A stretch of 64,000 nt of DNA from Pseudobdellovibrionaceae bacterium (GCA_015163855.1 JAAOIK010000009.1:5113-69112); one strand, 5' to 3'. Shown: positions 1-10,057, numbered from the stretch's first letter. Notes: generated by a model from the letters alone, not told the origin. Numbers and translations are program-made.

Positions 1-390
1 CCTAAATCGGGGGAGGTGTTTTTATCTTTGCGTGACAAAGACAAAAATAAAATGCTAACACCCATAAAAAAATTACAGAACTTAGGCTATACGCTGTCAG
101 CTACCCGAGGAACTGCGCAGTTTTTAATAGATAAAGGCATACAAAATGTTCTTTTTGTGAATAAAATTACAGAACCTAAGCCCCATTGTATTGACCGCAT
201 TCGCTCTCAAAAAATCCAATTAGTAATTAATACTCCTTCGGGGCAAGAGCTGCACAGTTCCGGGCGGGGTATTCGTCGTAGCTGTATTGAATATTCTGTT
301 CCATGTATTACTGAAGATTCGGTGGCCGAAGTGATTACTTTGGCCTTAGAGTATAAAAATAAGAATATATTTGATGTTTATCCATTATAA
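1..390 (+). CDS. carB: carbamoyl-phosphate synthase large subunit, C-terminal fragment (MGS-like domain); 5' end lies outside the window
   Basis: Frame 1 is open from base 1 (PKSGEVFLSLRDKDK...). The pattern LSATRGTAQFL..VNK..EPKPH..DRI....QLVINTPSG matches the C-terminal allosteric MGS-like domain of CarB as I remember it from E. coli. Confidence 0.8.
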   Translation, partial: PKSGEVFLSLRDKDKNKMLTPIKKLQNLGYTLSATRGTAQFLIDKGIQNVLFVNKITEPKPHCIDRIRSQKIQLVINTPSGQELHSSGRGIRRSCIEYSVPCITEDSVAEVITLALEYKNKNIFDVYPL

Positions 391-493
391 TCTTTTTAGA
401 TATAATAAAATTTCTCTATACAACAGAAGATATTTTATATTAAGCTAAAGTAGTTAGAGTTAAGTGTTGTAGTTTTGTCATTTCAGGAGGCTT

Positions 494-1375
494 TTGGTGG
501 TTGCTTTAAAAATTTTTAATTTACATAAAACTTATAAAACTTCTTTTTATAAAAAAAATAAAAAAGTATTAAGTGGATTAAGTTTTAGTGTTCCAGAGGG
601 AGTGGTGACTGGTTTTTTAGGGGGCAATGGTGCTGGAAAAACCACAACGATAAAGTGTATCTTAGACTTATGTATTCCCGACTCTGGCAAAATACTTTTT
701 TTTAATCAGCATAAATTATCTTTGTCTGTGAAACAGAAAATAGGTTTTTTACCAGAAAGACCTTATTTTTATAACTATCTAACAGGTTTAGAGTTTTTAA
801 AGTTTTATGGAAAATTATCCAATATGTCCACGGCTAATATTATTAGCGAGTCTAATCAATTATTAAAAAAACTGGATTTATATCCCTTTAAAGATAAATT
901 ACTAGGTTCATATTCTAAGGGAATGCTTCAAAAAATAGGCATTGCTCAGGCTTTAATTCATAATCCAGATTTATTAATTTTAGATGAACCTATGTCGGGT
1001 CTTGACCCTGATGGCAGACATTATATTAGTGAGATTATTAAAGATACAGCTAAGAAAGGGAAAAGTATTTTTTTTAGTAGTCACTTGTTAGATGATGTAG
1101 AAAAAATTAGTCAAAATTTAGTAATTTTAAAAGAATCAAAATTGTTATACGAAGGCCAAACAGAAGAGTTATTAAAAACCTATCAGTCGGGCTATGAGTT
1201 ACATTATAGCTTGCGTTCAGAAAAACACATTTTAAAATTAAAAGAACTTTCTGCAATGCAAAGTAAAATAGAAAATTTAATAAAAGAAGGGGCTATAATT
1301 TTTGAATTTAAAGCGGTTAGGCCTTCGCTAGAAGAGGTTTTTGTTAATATGGCTTTAAGCTCAAAAAAAAATTAA
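494..1375 (+). CDS. ABC transporter ATP-binding protein (ABC-2 exporter type)
   Basis: Walker A GGNGAGKTT, signature YSKGMLQK, Walker B LLILDEP. RBS CAGGAGG at 485-490. Start is TTG 494 or GTG 497. Confidence 0.9.
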   Translation: MVVALKIFNLHKTYKTSFYKKNKKVLSGLSFSVPEGVVTGFLGGNGAGKTTTIKCILDLCIPDSGKILFFNQHKLSLSVKQKIGFLPERPYFYNYLTGLEFLKFYGKLSNMSTANIISESNQLLKKLDLYPFKDKLLGSYSKGMLQKIGIAQALIHNPDLLILDEPMSGLDPDGRHYISEIIKDTAKKGKSIFFSSHLLDDVEKISQNLVILKESKLLYEGQTEELLKTYQSGYELHYSLRSEKHILKLKELSAMQSKIENLIKEGAIIFEFKAVRPSLEEVFVNMALSSKKN

Positions 1376-1405
1376 AAGTGGTGTAAGTATTTTACGGGAG
1401 AAACA

Positions 1406-2170
1406 ATGATTATTAATATTTTGGCAATTAATACTTTTAAAGAAATTATGAGAGACAAAATTCTTTACTCTTTAATTGTTTTTTCTATTATTTTAATGGG
1501 GTTAAGTATAGCTTTAAGTGATTTAAGTTTTGGAGAAAAATCGCGCATCACTTTAAATTTTGGTTTAACAGCCATCCATATTTCTTCGGTGATTTTGTCT
1601 ATTTTTATTGGCAGCAGTTTAGTGCTAAAAGAATTAAAAAACCGTACTATTATGACTTTGTTAACAAGGCCATTAAGCCGAAGCACTTTTATTTTGGGAA
1701 AGTTTGTGGGTTTATTAATGGTGATTGTTACTTTGCTTTTAGGTTTATCCTTTGTTTTGTTTGGAATTATGTTTTTAATGTCAATTCCTGTCACTGCTCC
1801 TTTTTTCATTGCTATATATGGCATTATTTTAGAAGCCGCTGTTTTAACTTCTTTAACTTTATTTTTTAGTAGTTTGTCTAAAGCCTTTTTGGCCATTAGC
1901 TTTAGCATAGGAGTATTTTTTACAGGTCACTGGATAGAAAGTTTTCATTATTTTTCAACCAAGGGAGGGCTTGTGCGCTTTCAATCCATTTCTGATAGCT
2001 TATTTTATGCTATACCTAATTTAGAAAGATTTAATTGGAGGTCAGAGGTCATTTATAATCGATTAGCAGACACTAGTACTATTGCAAGTGCTAGTTTTTA
2101 TGCGGTAATACTGTGTGCTTTTTTATTAACATTAGCCTTTTTTGTTTTTACAAAAAAAGACTTAGCTTAG
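1406..2170 (+). CDS. ABC-2 family transporter permease
   Basis: 254-aa protein with about six hydrophobic segments, immediately downstream of the ABC ATPase. RBS GGGAGA lies before the ATG. Confidence 0.75.
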   Translation: MIINILAINTFKEIMRDKILYSLIVFSIILMGLSIALSDLSFGEKSRITLNFGLTAIHISSVILSIFIGSSLVLKELKNRTIMTLLTRPLSRSTFILGKFVGLLMVIVTLLLGLSFVLFGIMFLMSIPVTAPFFIAIYGIILEAAVLTSLTLFFSSLSKAFLAISFSIGVFFTGHWIESFHYFSTKGGLVRFQSISDSLFYAIPNLERFNWRSEVIYNRLADTSTIASASFYAVILCAFLLTLAFFVFTKKDLA

Positions 2171-2178
2171 GGGGGTAG

Positions 2179-2961
2179 GTGATGGATATTTATATGGTGT
2201 ATGTTTTTATTTTGGGTTTAATTTGGGGTAGTTTTGCCAATGTAGTTATTTATCGCCTGCCTTTAAACAAGAGTGTCATTAAACCTCGCAGTGCTTGCCC
2301 AGGCTGTAAAAAAAATATTAGTTGGTATGATAACATCCCCGTTTTTTCTTGGATATTTTTAAAAGCAGCCTGCAGACATTGCAAGAAAAAAATTTCTATT
2401 CGTTACCCCATAGTAGAATTATTAATGGCCACTTTGTTTACAAGTGTTTATTTAAAATTTGGCATTCAATGGTACTTAATAGAACTACTCGTTTTAACTT
2501 TTGGCTTAGTAGTTGTTAGTTTTATTGATTTAGACCACATGATTATTCCTGATAGTTTTAGTTTAGGCGGAATAGTTATAGGCTTATTGGGAGGATTGCT
2601 AAACCCCGACAGACACATACTAGATGCTTTTTTGGGAATATTATTTGGAGGGGGGTTTTTTTGGCTAACCGCATATTTATATTTTGTTTTTAAAAAACAA
2701 GAAGGTTTGGGCGGAGGAGATATTAAATTGTTAGCTTGGATAGGAGCGGTTTTGGGGTGGAAAGCTATGCCATTTATTATTTTAGTTTCTAGTTTTGTTG
2801 GTTTGCTTTTTGGAGTTTTAACTTTGTTACTTAATAAAAAGAAGCTAAGCCAGCCCATTCCTTTTGGTCCATACATTGTGATAGCAGCCTTTTTATATTT
2901 ATTTTATGGTACCCCTTTAACTCAGTGGTATTTTAACTTATTTTTCATGAATTTTATATAG
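2179..2961 (+). CDS. pilD: type IV prepilin peptidase (A24 family)
   Basis: CPGC...CRHC zinc-knuckle motif in the N-terminal loop. The two catalytic Asp motifs are present (IDLDHMIIPD and GGGDIKLL). Polytopic membrane protein. Confidence 0.85.
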   Translation: MMDIYMVYVFILGLIWGSFANVVIYRLPLNKSVIKPRSACPGCKKNISWYDNIPVFSWIFLKAACRHCKKKISIRYPIVELLMATLFTSVYLKFGIQWYLIELLVLTFGLVVVSFIDLDHMIIPDSFSLGGIVIGLLGGLLNPDRHILDAFLGILFGGGFFWLTAYLYFVFKKQEGLGGGDIKLLAWIGAVLGWKAMPFIILVSSFVGLLFGVLTLLLNKKKLSQPIPFGPYIVIAAFLYLFYGTPLTQWYFNLFFMNFI

Positions 2962-3028
2962 CCAACTGTTTCATTTTGTTACAGATTTACCCTGTATTGT
3001 GGCTGTATAATTGCACATAAATAATAGA

Positions 3029-4390
3029 ATGTGTAAAAAATCGTTTTATATTATTAATTTTTTTGTAGCAACAGTATTTTTAAATACTACTTCAGCGCAA
3101 GGTTTGCGGTGCATGAATTTGTTTAAAGATAGTTTTAAACAGAGAAGTGCTAAGGCCATTGTGTCTTACCTAAAGCAACCCAGCCAGTTTTTAATAAAAG
3201 ACAGTTTGCGATTAGAAAAAACACAGCAATTGGCGGGTTTGTTAGTTCCTAGCCTCAAGGCAAACTTTAAAGAGCTTACTTTAGTGGGAAAGTGGGGGCA
3301 AGCAGCTAGACTTCCTAATCAGTGGTTAAGCAAAGTGTTATTTCAAAAAGCATTACAGCTAGACAAGGCCGAGAACTTTGTCATAGCTCCCATAAATTTT
3401 TTAATGCACAATACCTTTGTTAGGCCCACACGGTTTATTACGAGCAAGTCTAAATTTTTTGATCGCGAGTATGAACCTTCTACCTTATTGTCGGCACTGG
3501 TTTCTGCAGGCTATCTTTATTATTTAGTGTCAGCGCCCATTCAAAACATTGTAAAAGATAAGCAACAAGCAAAAGCGGATTTTTTAATTAAAAACGATTA
3601 TAGATATGCTTCTTTGTTACCTTTGTATAATAAAGCTCAGCTTTTAAAAGAAAAGCTTAATGAAAAAAACTTAAGTGAAAAAGAAAAAAAACAATTAACC
3701 ACAGAGTGGTTATTTATACGATATAGATTAAAACAATTAATTTTAAATAAAAAACAATATTACGAAGTATTCTTTTTTAATTTATTGCAAATTAAAAAAG
3801 AAGTATTAAGCGATGCATTTCTTAAGCCTCTTGGCTCTACAAAAACTTATAAGGCAAGCCTTGCTTTGTTAAATGATTTAGCTAACCAGTTACCCACTTT
3901 GTTTTTAGAGAAAGACCAGTGGGTAGATAGTAAAAAAGTGCATAAGCCTTTAAATGGTTTTTTGCAGATGGATATAAAAAATAAAAAAACCAAAGAAGAA
4001 GTAAAAAATACTATTTTAATGCATTTAGTGAAAAAACATATTCGTCAAGAGGCTGTTTGGATGCTTTTATACTCCAGTGCGTTTAAAAATAAAGATTTTA
4101 TGTCTCAATTTTCTTTAGAGGTAAAAGAAGTGGAATTGTCTTCCATGTATAAACAATTAATGGCTTTGCAAGAAAAAAATAAAATCACCAAGGGGCAGTT
4201 TTTACGATCCATGCAAGAGTTTATTCAGTGGCAATTTAACATGTCTGTTTGGAAAGAGTTGGGTTTGCAAAGACTGGTTATAAAAAGAAAAGCTAATGGA
4301 GCCTTTCATTACACTGATAAAGTTTTAACTTTAAAAAAAATAAAAGAAAGCATAATCAAAGAGTTAAATAACCGTATTTTAAAAAAATAG
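3029..4390 (+). CDS. hypothetical secreted protein, no recognisable domain
   Basis: Long ORF (TTG 3011 or ATG 3029). N-terminal signal-like segment KKSFYIINFFVATVFLNTTSAQG. The rest is Lys/Gln/Leu-rich and probably helical. Confidence 0.55.
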   Translation: MCKKSFYIINFFVATVFLNTTSAQGLRCMNLFKDSFKQRSAKAIVSYLKQPSQFLIKDSLRLEKTQQLAGLLVPSLKANFKELTLVGKWGQAARLPNQWLSKVLFQKALQLDKAENFVIAPINFLMHNTFVRPTRFITSKSKFFDREYEPSTLLSALVSAGYLYYLVSAPIQNIVKDKQQAKADFLIKNDYRYASLLPLYNKAQLLKEKLNEKNLSEKEKKQLTTEWLFIRYRLKQLILNKKQYYEVFFFNLLQIKKEVLSDAFLKPLGSTKTYKASLALLNDLANQLPTLFLEKDQWVDSKKVHKPLNGFLQMDIKNKKTKEEVKNTILMHLVKKHIRQEAVWMLLYSSAFKNKDFMSQFSLEVKEVELSSMYKQLMALQEKNKITKGQFLRSMQEFIQWQFNMSVWKELGLQRLVIKRKANGAFHYTDKVLTLKKIKESIIKELNNRILKK

Positions 4391-4420
4391 TGTAGGGCAA
4401 GAAAAATCGCCTAAAAGAAA

Positions 4421-6478
4421 CTATAGTAAAAGACAGCCTTGTTGGTAAATACTAAGGCCATCTATAGTATTAATTTGGTGCAATTCTTTAGCAGAGTAGG
4501 CACTTCTTCCAAAATTATTTTTTACATATAAAGATTTTAGCTGTAGCTTGCTGCCAGGTTCTATTTTTTCTAAAATCTGTTGGCTAAATAAGCTACTTAA
4601 ACCACCATTTTTTTTATGATCTTCTACAGTTAATACTTTGTAGTTGCATTTTTTTAAAGTCATTGTAAGCAGGCTCATGTCTAATTGGTCTAAGCGGGAG
4701 GGGTTAATAATAATGCAACTTTGTTTATCTTCTTCCCATTTTTTAGCAGCTTCTAAAGCCTCTGGAAGCAAGTGTCCAAGGCTGATAATCATTAATGGTT
4801 GAGTTTTATAGTGTTCGGAGTTGTCAAAAATAACCTGTGCTTGCCCCAATGAATAAGTATTATTGTTATTATAGGTGGGTAAAAAGTTTTCTCTACCTAA
4901 AAAAAACAAATAGGTTTTGGGAATTTTCCCCTCTTGTCGGTCGGTATTAAATTGCACAATGCTTTGGTGCACTAGTGCTTCGGCCTCGGCACTGCAACTT
5001 AGGCAATAAACTTCTGTGTTTGGAAGGCTGCAAGTTAAGGCCAAGTATTGTAAGCTTTGGTGCGAGGCCCCATCGGCGGCATCTTGAAACCCAATGTGAG
5101 AGAAAATTCCAATCACAGGTGCTTGTGATAAATTGGCCATTATTAAGGGTAAAGAACCTTTGCTAATGGCAAATTGAGCAAAGGTATCAGTGATGGGAAT
5201 AAAACCTTCTTTAGATAATCCGGCAGCTAGGCTAATCATGTTGGACTCGGCAATGCCAACATCTATAAAGTCGTTGGGAAAGCTATCATGAAAAGCTTTT
5301 AACCCAGTGGAGCCTTGCAAGTCAGAGCTAACAGAAAAAACTTTTAAGCCTTTTTGTTTTGCTTTAATTAAGGCCTTGCTAATTCCTACTTGAATTTTTT
5401 CTTTTTTAATTACACTGGTGGGCGTTGTGGGTGAACTGTTTTTTTTATCATACTCTTTTATTAAATCAGAAGCCCAGTGGGTAAAGGCTTTGGGAACCAC
5501 AGTGGTAGAGTTATCTCCGTTATTTTTTTGTGAATAAATTTCTGTTAAAAAATCGGGAAGTTGGTGAGGGTTTTTTAAGGGAAACCCATGGGCTCCCGTG
5601 GAGGAGGCTACCGTGTTTTTTGTACCAAAGCCTTTGGTTGTGATAAAGTGTAAAGCTATGGGTTTATTTGTACTATTATTTATGGCGTCGGCAATAGCCG
5701 CATTTATGGTTTCTGACACCTCTAAAAGACTATTTCCTTTTAATATTTTTTTATATTCCCAGCCTATGTTTTTTAAATTTTCTAAGTTTTCGTGCATAGA
5801 AAAAGACTGTTCATCAATGCGTCCAGATAATTTTGTGTTGTTATCACTAATTAATAAAATAAAGGGAGCCATTTTCCCTTTTTTATATAAGCCGGGGATA
5901 GAGGATAAAGCTTCTTTGGCTTCTCCTTCCATGCAGGCCCCGTCAGAAATGCTGACAATGCTTATCTTATTGGTTTGATGGAGTTTTTCCGCAACGGCCA
6001 AGCCTTGCGCCATGGCTAAGCTTGAACCCAAAGGGCCATTGCTTAAATATACACCTTCGGGAAAAAGGTGATTTTCGCCATGGCCGGTTAAGACGCTGTC
6101 TTTTCCTCTAAACCCTTTTAGGTTTTGTAAGCTTAATTGTCCATAACAGTGTCGAAGTGCGTAAAGGGCATTTTCGCAATGGCCAGCATCATTAACAAAA
6201 TGAAACTTTTCAAAGTAGGCTTTATTTTCTTGGCTTGCGACACTTATCATAGATTGAAAAAGGCTAGAAAAAATTTCTGCAAAAGCAGAGGGGCCTCCAA
6301 AATGACTGGCGGCTCCTTTTAAGGTGGCACTCATGTCCATTAACGCAACAAGGGCGCGAATGGCTTTGGGTTCTACAAAATGGTTTCCCCCCTTTTCCTT
6401 ATTAAGGTTTAAGGTGTACTGCATGTTATCAATGCTTAACGGGAAAAGTGTTTTATATTGGGGCATAGTAAAGTCCAT
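4421..6478 (-). CDS. transketolase-family thiamine-diphosphate enzyme (divergent)
   Basis: ThDP-binding region ISDGACMEGEAKEAL...LISDNNTKLSG. N-terminal ASHFGGPSAFAEI resembles the SGHxG region. Pyrimidine-binding half has DVGIAESNMISLAAGL. ATG at 6478 follows an in-frame TTG at 6481. Confidence 0.75.
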   Translation of the reverse strand: MDFTMPQYKTLFPLSIDNMQYTLNLNKEKGGNHFVEPKAIRALVALMDMSATLKGAASHFGGPSAFAEIFSSLFQSMISVASQENKAYFEKFHFVNDAGHCENALYALRHCYGQLSLQNLKGFRGKDSVLTGHGENHLFPEGVYLSNGPLGSSLAMAQGLAVAEKLHQTNKISIVSISDGACMEGEAKEALSSIPGLYKKGKMAPFILLISDNNTKLSGRIDEQSFSMHENLENLKNIGWEYKKILKGNSLLEVSETINAAIADAINNSTNKPIALHFITTKGFGTKNTVASSTGAHGFPLKNPHQLPDFLTEIYSQKNNGDNSTTVVPKAFTHWASDLIKEYDKKNSSPTTPTSVIKKEKIQVGISKALIKAKQKGLKVFSVSSDLQGSTGLKAFHDSFPNDFIDVGIAESNMISLAAGLSKEGFIPITDTFAQFAISKGSLPLIMANLSQAPVIGIFSHIGFQDAADGASHQSLQYLALTCSLPNTEVYCLSCSAEAEALVHQSIVQFNTDRQEGKIPKTYLFFLGRENFLPTYNNNNTYSLGQAQVIFDNSEHYKTQPLMIISLGHLLPEALEAAKKWEEDKQSCIIINPSRLDQLDMSLLTMTLKKCNYKVLTVEDHKKNGGLSSLFSQQILEKIEPGSKLQLKSLYVKNNFGRSAYSAKELHQINTIDGLSIYQQGCLLL

Positions 6479-6567
6479 CAAGATTTTTACAATTTTTTAC
6501 AATTTTTTAAAAAAATAAAGTTAACTTTCATCTAGTCTTTCCGATAGGTGTTACAAGGAGTTTTTCT

Positions 6568-6828
6568 ATGCGTAAGTTAATTATTATAATCGGTATTGTC
6601 ACTACTTTTTCTTCCACCGCCCTGGCTACTAGTGGAAATCAAAACAAGCCTTTAAAGTTTACGCCTTATAGAAAATTAGCCTTTCTGCCACAGATGGAGT
6701 TTAAGCGGCCAGACACTTCGGTCTCTTTGGTATCTATAAAAGGGCATGATTTTGTTATAAAACCAGTAAATAAACACGCTTTAGAGTCTTTGGATTTTTT
6801 AATCTCTATTAGGGTGCCTTTAAATTAG
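6568..6828 (+). CDS. hypothetical small secreted protein (86 aa)
   Basis: RBS AAGGAG upstream and signal peptide MRKLIIIIGIVTTFSSTALATSG. Its 3' end overlaps the convergent SBP gene by 20 nt. No homology recognised. Confidence 0.35.
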   Translation: MRKLIIIIGIVTTFSSTALATSGNQNKPLKFTPYRKLAFLPQMEFKRPDTSVSLVSIKGHDFVIKPVNKHALESLDFLISIRVPLN

Positions 6829-8323
6829 TCGCTTTATAAACTTTCTTTAAGGGAGAGAAGCTTTCTGTTAAAGAGGGAGAAAGTCCCAATATACTTTTGT
6901 GACTGATAATAGTTTGTTTTTTGTGCCACAGGGGTATGACGGCCACATCTTGGGCTATAATGCTTTGCACCTTATTATATATTTTTTTTCGCTGTGCTAG
7001 GTTTAGGGTATATATGCCCTGCTCTAACAATTTATCTAATATTTTGTTTTTGTATAAAGAGCGATTTCTGCCAGGGGGCCATTCGGAGCTGTGAAAGGCT
7101 ATGCGATAAATGTCGGGATCGATGACGCCCGACCAGCTCATTAAAGCAATGTCAAAATTAGTGTTTTTTAAGTCCTTGTATAAAACACCCCACTCTAAGC
7201 TTTTTACTGTAACGGGTATTCCAGATTGTTTTATTTGTTGGGTTAAAATTTTTCCAAAGTTAATGGAGCTAGGCTTGTTGCTAACTTTTAAAGTTAAGGG
7301 TTTAAGGTCTATGCTGTGTAAAAAATCTTTGGCTTTTTTTAAGTCAAAATTAGTGGTTTTTAAATAAGTATTAAAAAACAAATGTTTTGGATGAAGCAAA
7401 GACTTGGCGGGGGTTGCAAGGCCTTGTAATTTATATTGAATAATTTTTTTAATATTTAAGCTACTTTGAAGAGCTTTTCGAACAGAAATTTTTGAAAGTA
7501 AGGGGTGTTTTAAATTTAACAGCAGATAAGTTACAGAAAGTCCCGGGCTTGTGTGTATTTTAAAATTTAAATTTTTTTGTAAAGCTTTAACTTTAATGGT
7601 TTCGGTATTATTAAAGCTAATGTCTATATCTTGTTTTAGTAATTTTTGATAGCGAGTGGTGTTGTCAGACACAACTTTAAACAGAAGGGCTGTTTTTCCA
7701 GGCTCTAAAGAGTGGGGGTTTGGTTTTAGATCAATAGCATTGGGTTTAATGGTGTTTATATAATAAGACCCTGTGCCTATCGGTTTTTGATTAAAAAGGT
7801 TTTTGTTTTTTAAAAACTCTTGTTTAGGTAAAATTTTTAACACAGGCAAATCGGCCCGCAAAAACTTTGCAGAAGATTTTTTTAAAAATAATTTAACCAG
7901 CCACCTTTGCGTTTTTTTATTTTTGTGCACACTAATTTTTTTTATAACAGAAAAGGCATGATGAAAAATACATTTAGGATCTTTAAAGGCTTGAAAACTA
8001 AAAAGCAAATCTTCTTTAGTTAGGGGGCGCCCATTGGAGAAGCGAATATTGTCTTTTAACAAAAAAGTATAAGTGTTGTTTTTGTAAGTCCAAGACTTTG
8101 CCAGATCTCCTACCACCCTTAGGTTTTTATCTAATCGTACTAAAGAGCTAAATAGTAAATCATTTAGCCGCATATCCAAAGCCGCGGTGGCCTTTAGTGG
8201 ATTTAAGGTTTTAATTTTTTGCTCTATGCCCACTTTAATGTGTTTATTAAAGGGAGGGGTGGAGTTTTGGCAAGAGAGTAGGTTGATGCTAATGATTAGA
8301 AAAAGAAAGTGCTTATTTTTCAT
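6809..8323 (-). CDS. ABC transporter substrate-binding protein, family 5 (peptide/nickel type), lipoprotein-like
   Basis: 504 aa with a signal peptide and Cys (LLSCQN). Overall layout is typical of DppA/OppA-family SBPs. No cognate permease or ATPase genes are adjacent. Confidence 0.75.
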   Translation of the reverse strand: MKNKHFLFLIISINLLSCQNSTPPFNKHIKVGIEQKIKTLNPLKATAALDMRLNDLLFSSLVRLDKNLRVVGDLAKSWTYKNNTYTFLLKDNIRFSNGRPLTKEDLLFSFQAFKDPKCIFHHAFSVIKKISVHKNKKTQRWLVKLFLKKSSAKFLRADLPVLKILPKQEFLKNKNLFNQKPIGTGSYYINTIKPNAIDLKPNPHSLEPGKTALLFKVVSDNTTRYQKLLKQDIDISFNNTETIKVKALQKNLNFKIHTSPGLSVTYLLLNLKHPLLSKISVRKALQSSLNIKKIIQYKLQGLATPAKSLLHPKHLFFNTYLKTTNFDLKKAKDFLHSIDLKPLTLKVSNKPSSINFGKILTQQIKQSGIPVTVKSLEWGVLYKDLKNTNFDIALMSWSGVIDPDIYRIAFHSSEWPPGRNRSLYKNKILDKLLEQGIYTLNLAQRKKIYNKVQSIIAQDVAVIPLWHKKQTIISHKSILGLSPSLTESFSPLKKVYKATNLKAP

Positions 8324-8409
8324 AGTAATTATATCCTTTTTTAATCCAACTTCTTGTTAATGCCAAAGTGGATAAACAGAAAAGCCGCATTATTTTTTGT
8401 AGTAAGGGT

Positions 8410-8485
8410 TGGAGCGGGAGACGGGTCTCGAACCCGCAACCCTCAGCTTGGAAGGCTGATACTCTACCAATTGAGCTACTCCCGC
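8410..8485 (-). tRNA. tRNA-Gly (anticodon UCC)
   Basis: The reverse complement GCGGGAGTAGCTCAATTGGTAGAGTATCAGCCTTCCAAGCTGAGGGTTGCGGGTTCGAGACCCGTCTCCCGCTCCA folds as a cloverleaf. Anticodon loop is CTTCCAA. CCA is encoded. Confidence 0.92.
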
Positions 8486-8576
8486 TAAGAGTAAATTAAT
8501 TTAAACACCAAAAAAATCTCCCCGTCAAACCCGATCAAACAAGCCTAAAATTTTCACTTCATAAAAAATTAAAAAG

Positions 8577-8628
8577 CCTTGCCCTTTTGCTCGGGCAACC
8601 CTTTGGGCTGAGTCGCAAAAGGGCAAGG
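8577..8628. other. GC-rich perfect 14-bp hairpin between the two tRNA genes (possible bidirectional terminator or processing signal); copy A of a 39-nt repeated core
   Basis: CCTTGCCCTTTTGC (8577-8590) pairs perfectly with GCAAAAGGGCAAGG (8615-8628). It is flanked by an A-run on the left and a T-run on the right. Confidence 0.5.
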
Positions 8629-8663
8629 TTTTCTGATTGTTTATGCATTTAAATTTTTATTTA

Positions 8664-8738
<75 letters not shown>

Positions 8739-8843
8739 TTATTGGCTACTTCAAAAAAGCTTGACATTTTTTGAATGTAGAAACAAGGTGTTTGTTGGAA
8801 TATAACAGAGTCACAGCTAGTAAAATACCATTAGGAGGAATGC

Positions 8844-10034
8844 ATGGCTAAAGAAAAATTTGACCGAAGTAAAGAACATATTAACATAGGTACGATTGGA
8901 CATGTGGATCATGGTAAAACGACTTTAACGGCCGCAATTACAAAAGTACTTGCCGAGGCTGGTGGCGCAGAGGCAATGAATTACGATGACATTGATAAAG
9001 CTCCCGAAGAAAGAGAGCGCGGTATTACTATTGCAACTTCTCATGTGGAATATTCCACAGCAAATAGACATTACGCCCATGTGGATTGCCCTGGTCATGC
9101 CGATTATGTAAAAAACATGATTACTGGTGCAGCGCAAATGGACGGAGCTATTTTAGTAGTTTCTGCAGCCGACGGAGCTATGCCACAAACGCGTGAGCAT
9201 ATCTTATTAGCAAAACAAGTTGGTGTGCCATCTATAGTGGTTTTCATGAATAAAGTGGACCAAGTGGATGACCCTGAATTATTAGAACTAGTAGAATTAG
9301 AAATTAGAGAAGTTTTATCTAAATACGAATTTCCAGGAGATGATATCCCTATTGTTAAAGGCTCTGCCTTAAAAGCTTTAGAGGGAGACACTTCTGAAAT
9401 TGGCGGTCCAGCTATTGTAAAATTAATGGAAGAGGTGGACAAGTATATTCCAACTCCTGCAAGAGAAGTGGACAAGCCATTTTTAATGCCTGTGGAAGAT
9501 GTTTTCTCTATTTCTGGTCGTGGTACTGTGGTAACGGGCCGTATTGAAAAAGGAATTATTAAAGTTGGTGAAGAGGTAGAAATTGTGGGAATTAAAGACA
9601 CGCAAAAAACTACAGTAACCGGTATTGAAATGTTTAGAAAGCTTTTGGACGAAGGAAAAGCTGGTGACAATGCAGGTTGTTTAATCCGTGGTATTAAAAA
9701 AGAAGAAGTAGAGCGTGGACAGGTTTTATGCAAACCAGGAAGCATCTCTCCTCATAAAAAGTTTAAGTGCGAAGCTTATATTTTGCAAAAAGATGAGGGT
9801 GGCCGTCATACTGCATTTTTTAATGGATATAGACCGCAGTTTTATTTTAGAACTACAGATATTACAGGTGTTGTAACTTTAAAAGAGGGTGTAGAAATGG
9901 TTATGCCTGGTGATAATATTGATGTCACTGTGGAATTAATCGCCCCTATTGCCATGGAAAAAGGGTTACGATTTGCCATCCGTGAAGGTGGTCGTACTGT
10001 TGGAGCGGGTGTCGTTTCTGAAATCATAGAGTAG
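8844..10034 (+). CDS. tuf: elongation factor Tu
   Basis: [33 protein letters not shown]..., [12 protein letters not shown] motifs. 396 aa. RBS AGGAGG. Confidence 0.98.
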   Translation: MAKEKFDRSKEHINIGTIGHVDHGKTTLTAAITKVLAEAGGAEAMNYDDIDKAPEERERGITIATSHVEYSTANRHYAHVDCPGHADYVKNMITGAAQMDGAILVVSAADGAMPQTREHILLAKQVGVPSIVVFMNKVDQVDDPELLELVELEIREVLSKYEFPGDDIPIVKGSALKALEGDTSEIGGPAIVKLMEEVDKYIPTPAREVDKPFLMPVEDVFSISGRGTVVTGRIEKGIIKVGEEVEIVGIKDTQKTTVTGIEMFRKLLDEGKAGDNAGCLIRGIKKEEVERGQVLCKPGSISPHKKFKCEAYILQKDEGGRHTAFFNGYRPQFYFRTTDITGVVTLKEGVEMVMPGDNIDVTVELIAPIAMEKGLRFAIREGGRTVGAGVVSEIIE

Positions 10035-10057
10035 TTGCTGTTTTTAATAAGTTTATA

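Noticed and set aside
1465-2876. Antisense ORFs 1465-1908 and 2466-2876 opposite the ABC-2 permease and pilD
   Set aside because: Their Lys/Pro-rich products are the complement of Phe/Gly-rich membrane-protein codons. There is no RBS or homology signal.
8577-8628. Hairpin as a relic of the missing tRNA-Tyr
   Set aside because: The CCCGAGC and CCAAAGGG-like strings occur in the wrong order and orientation for a class II tRNA D-arm. No T-arm or anticodon arm can be drawn.
8761-8766. TTGACA as the tuf -35 element
   Set aside because: No acceptable -10 hexamer lies at 16-19 nt spacing. The alternative TATAAC -10 at about 8802 has a poor -35. The region is left unannotated.
9104-9745. 213-aa ORF antisense to tuf (also 8925-9137 and 9842-10027)
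   Set aside because: It lies wholly inside the highly conserved EF-Tu gene on the opposite strand. The product is low-complexity and Ser/Pro/Thr-rich, typical of the mirror frame of a codon-biased gene.
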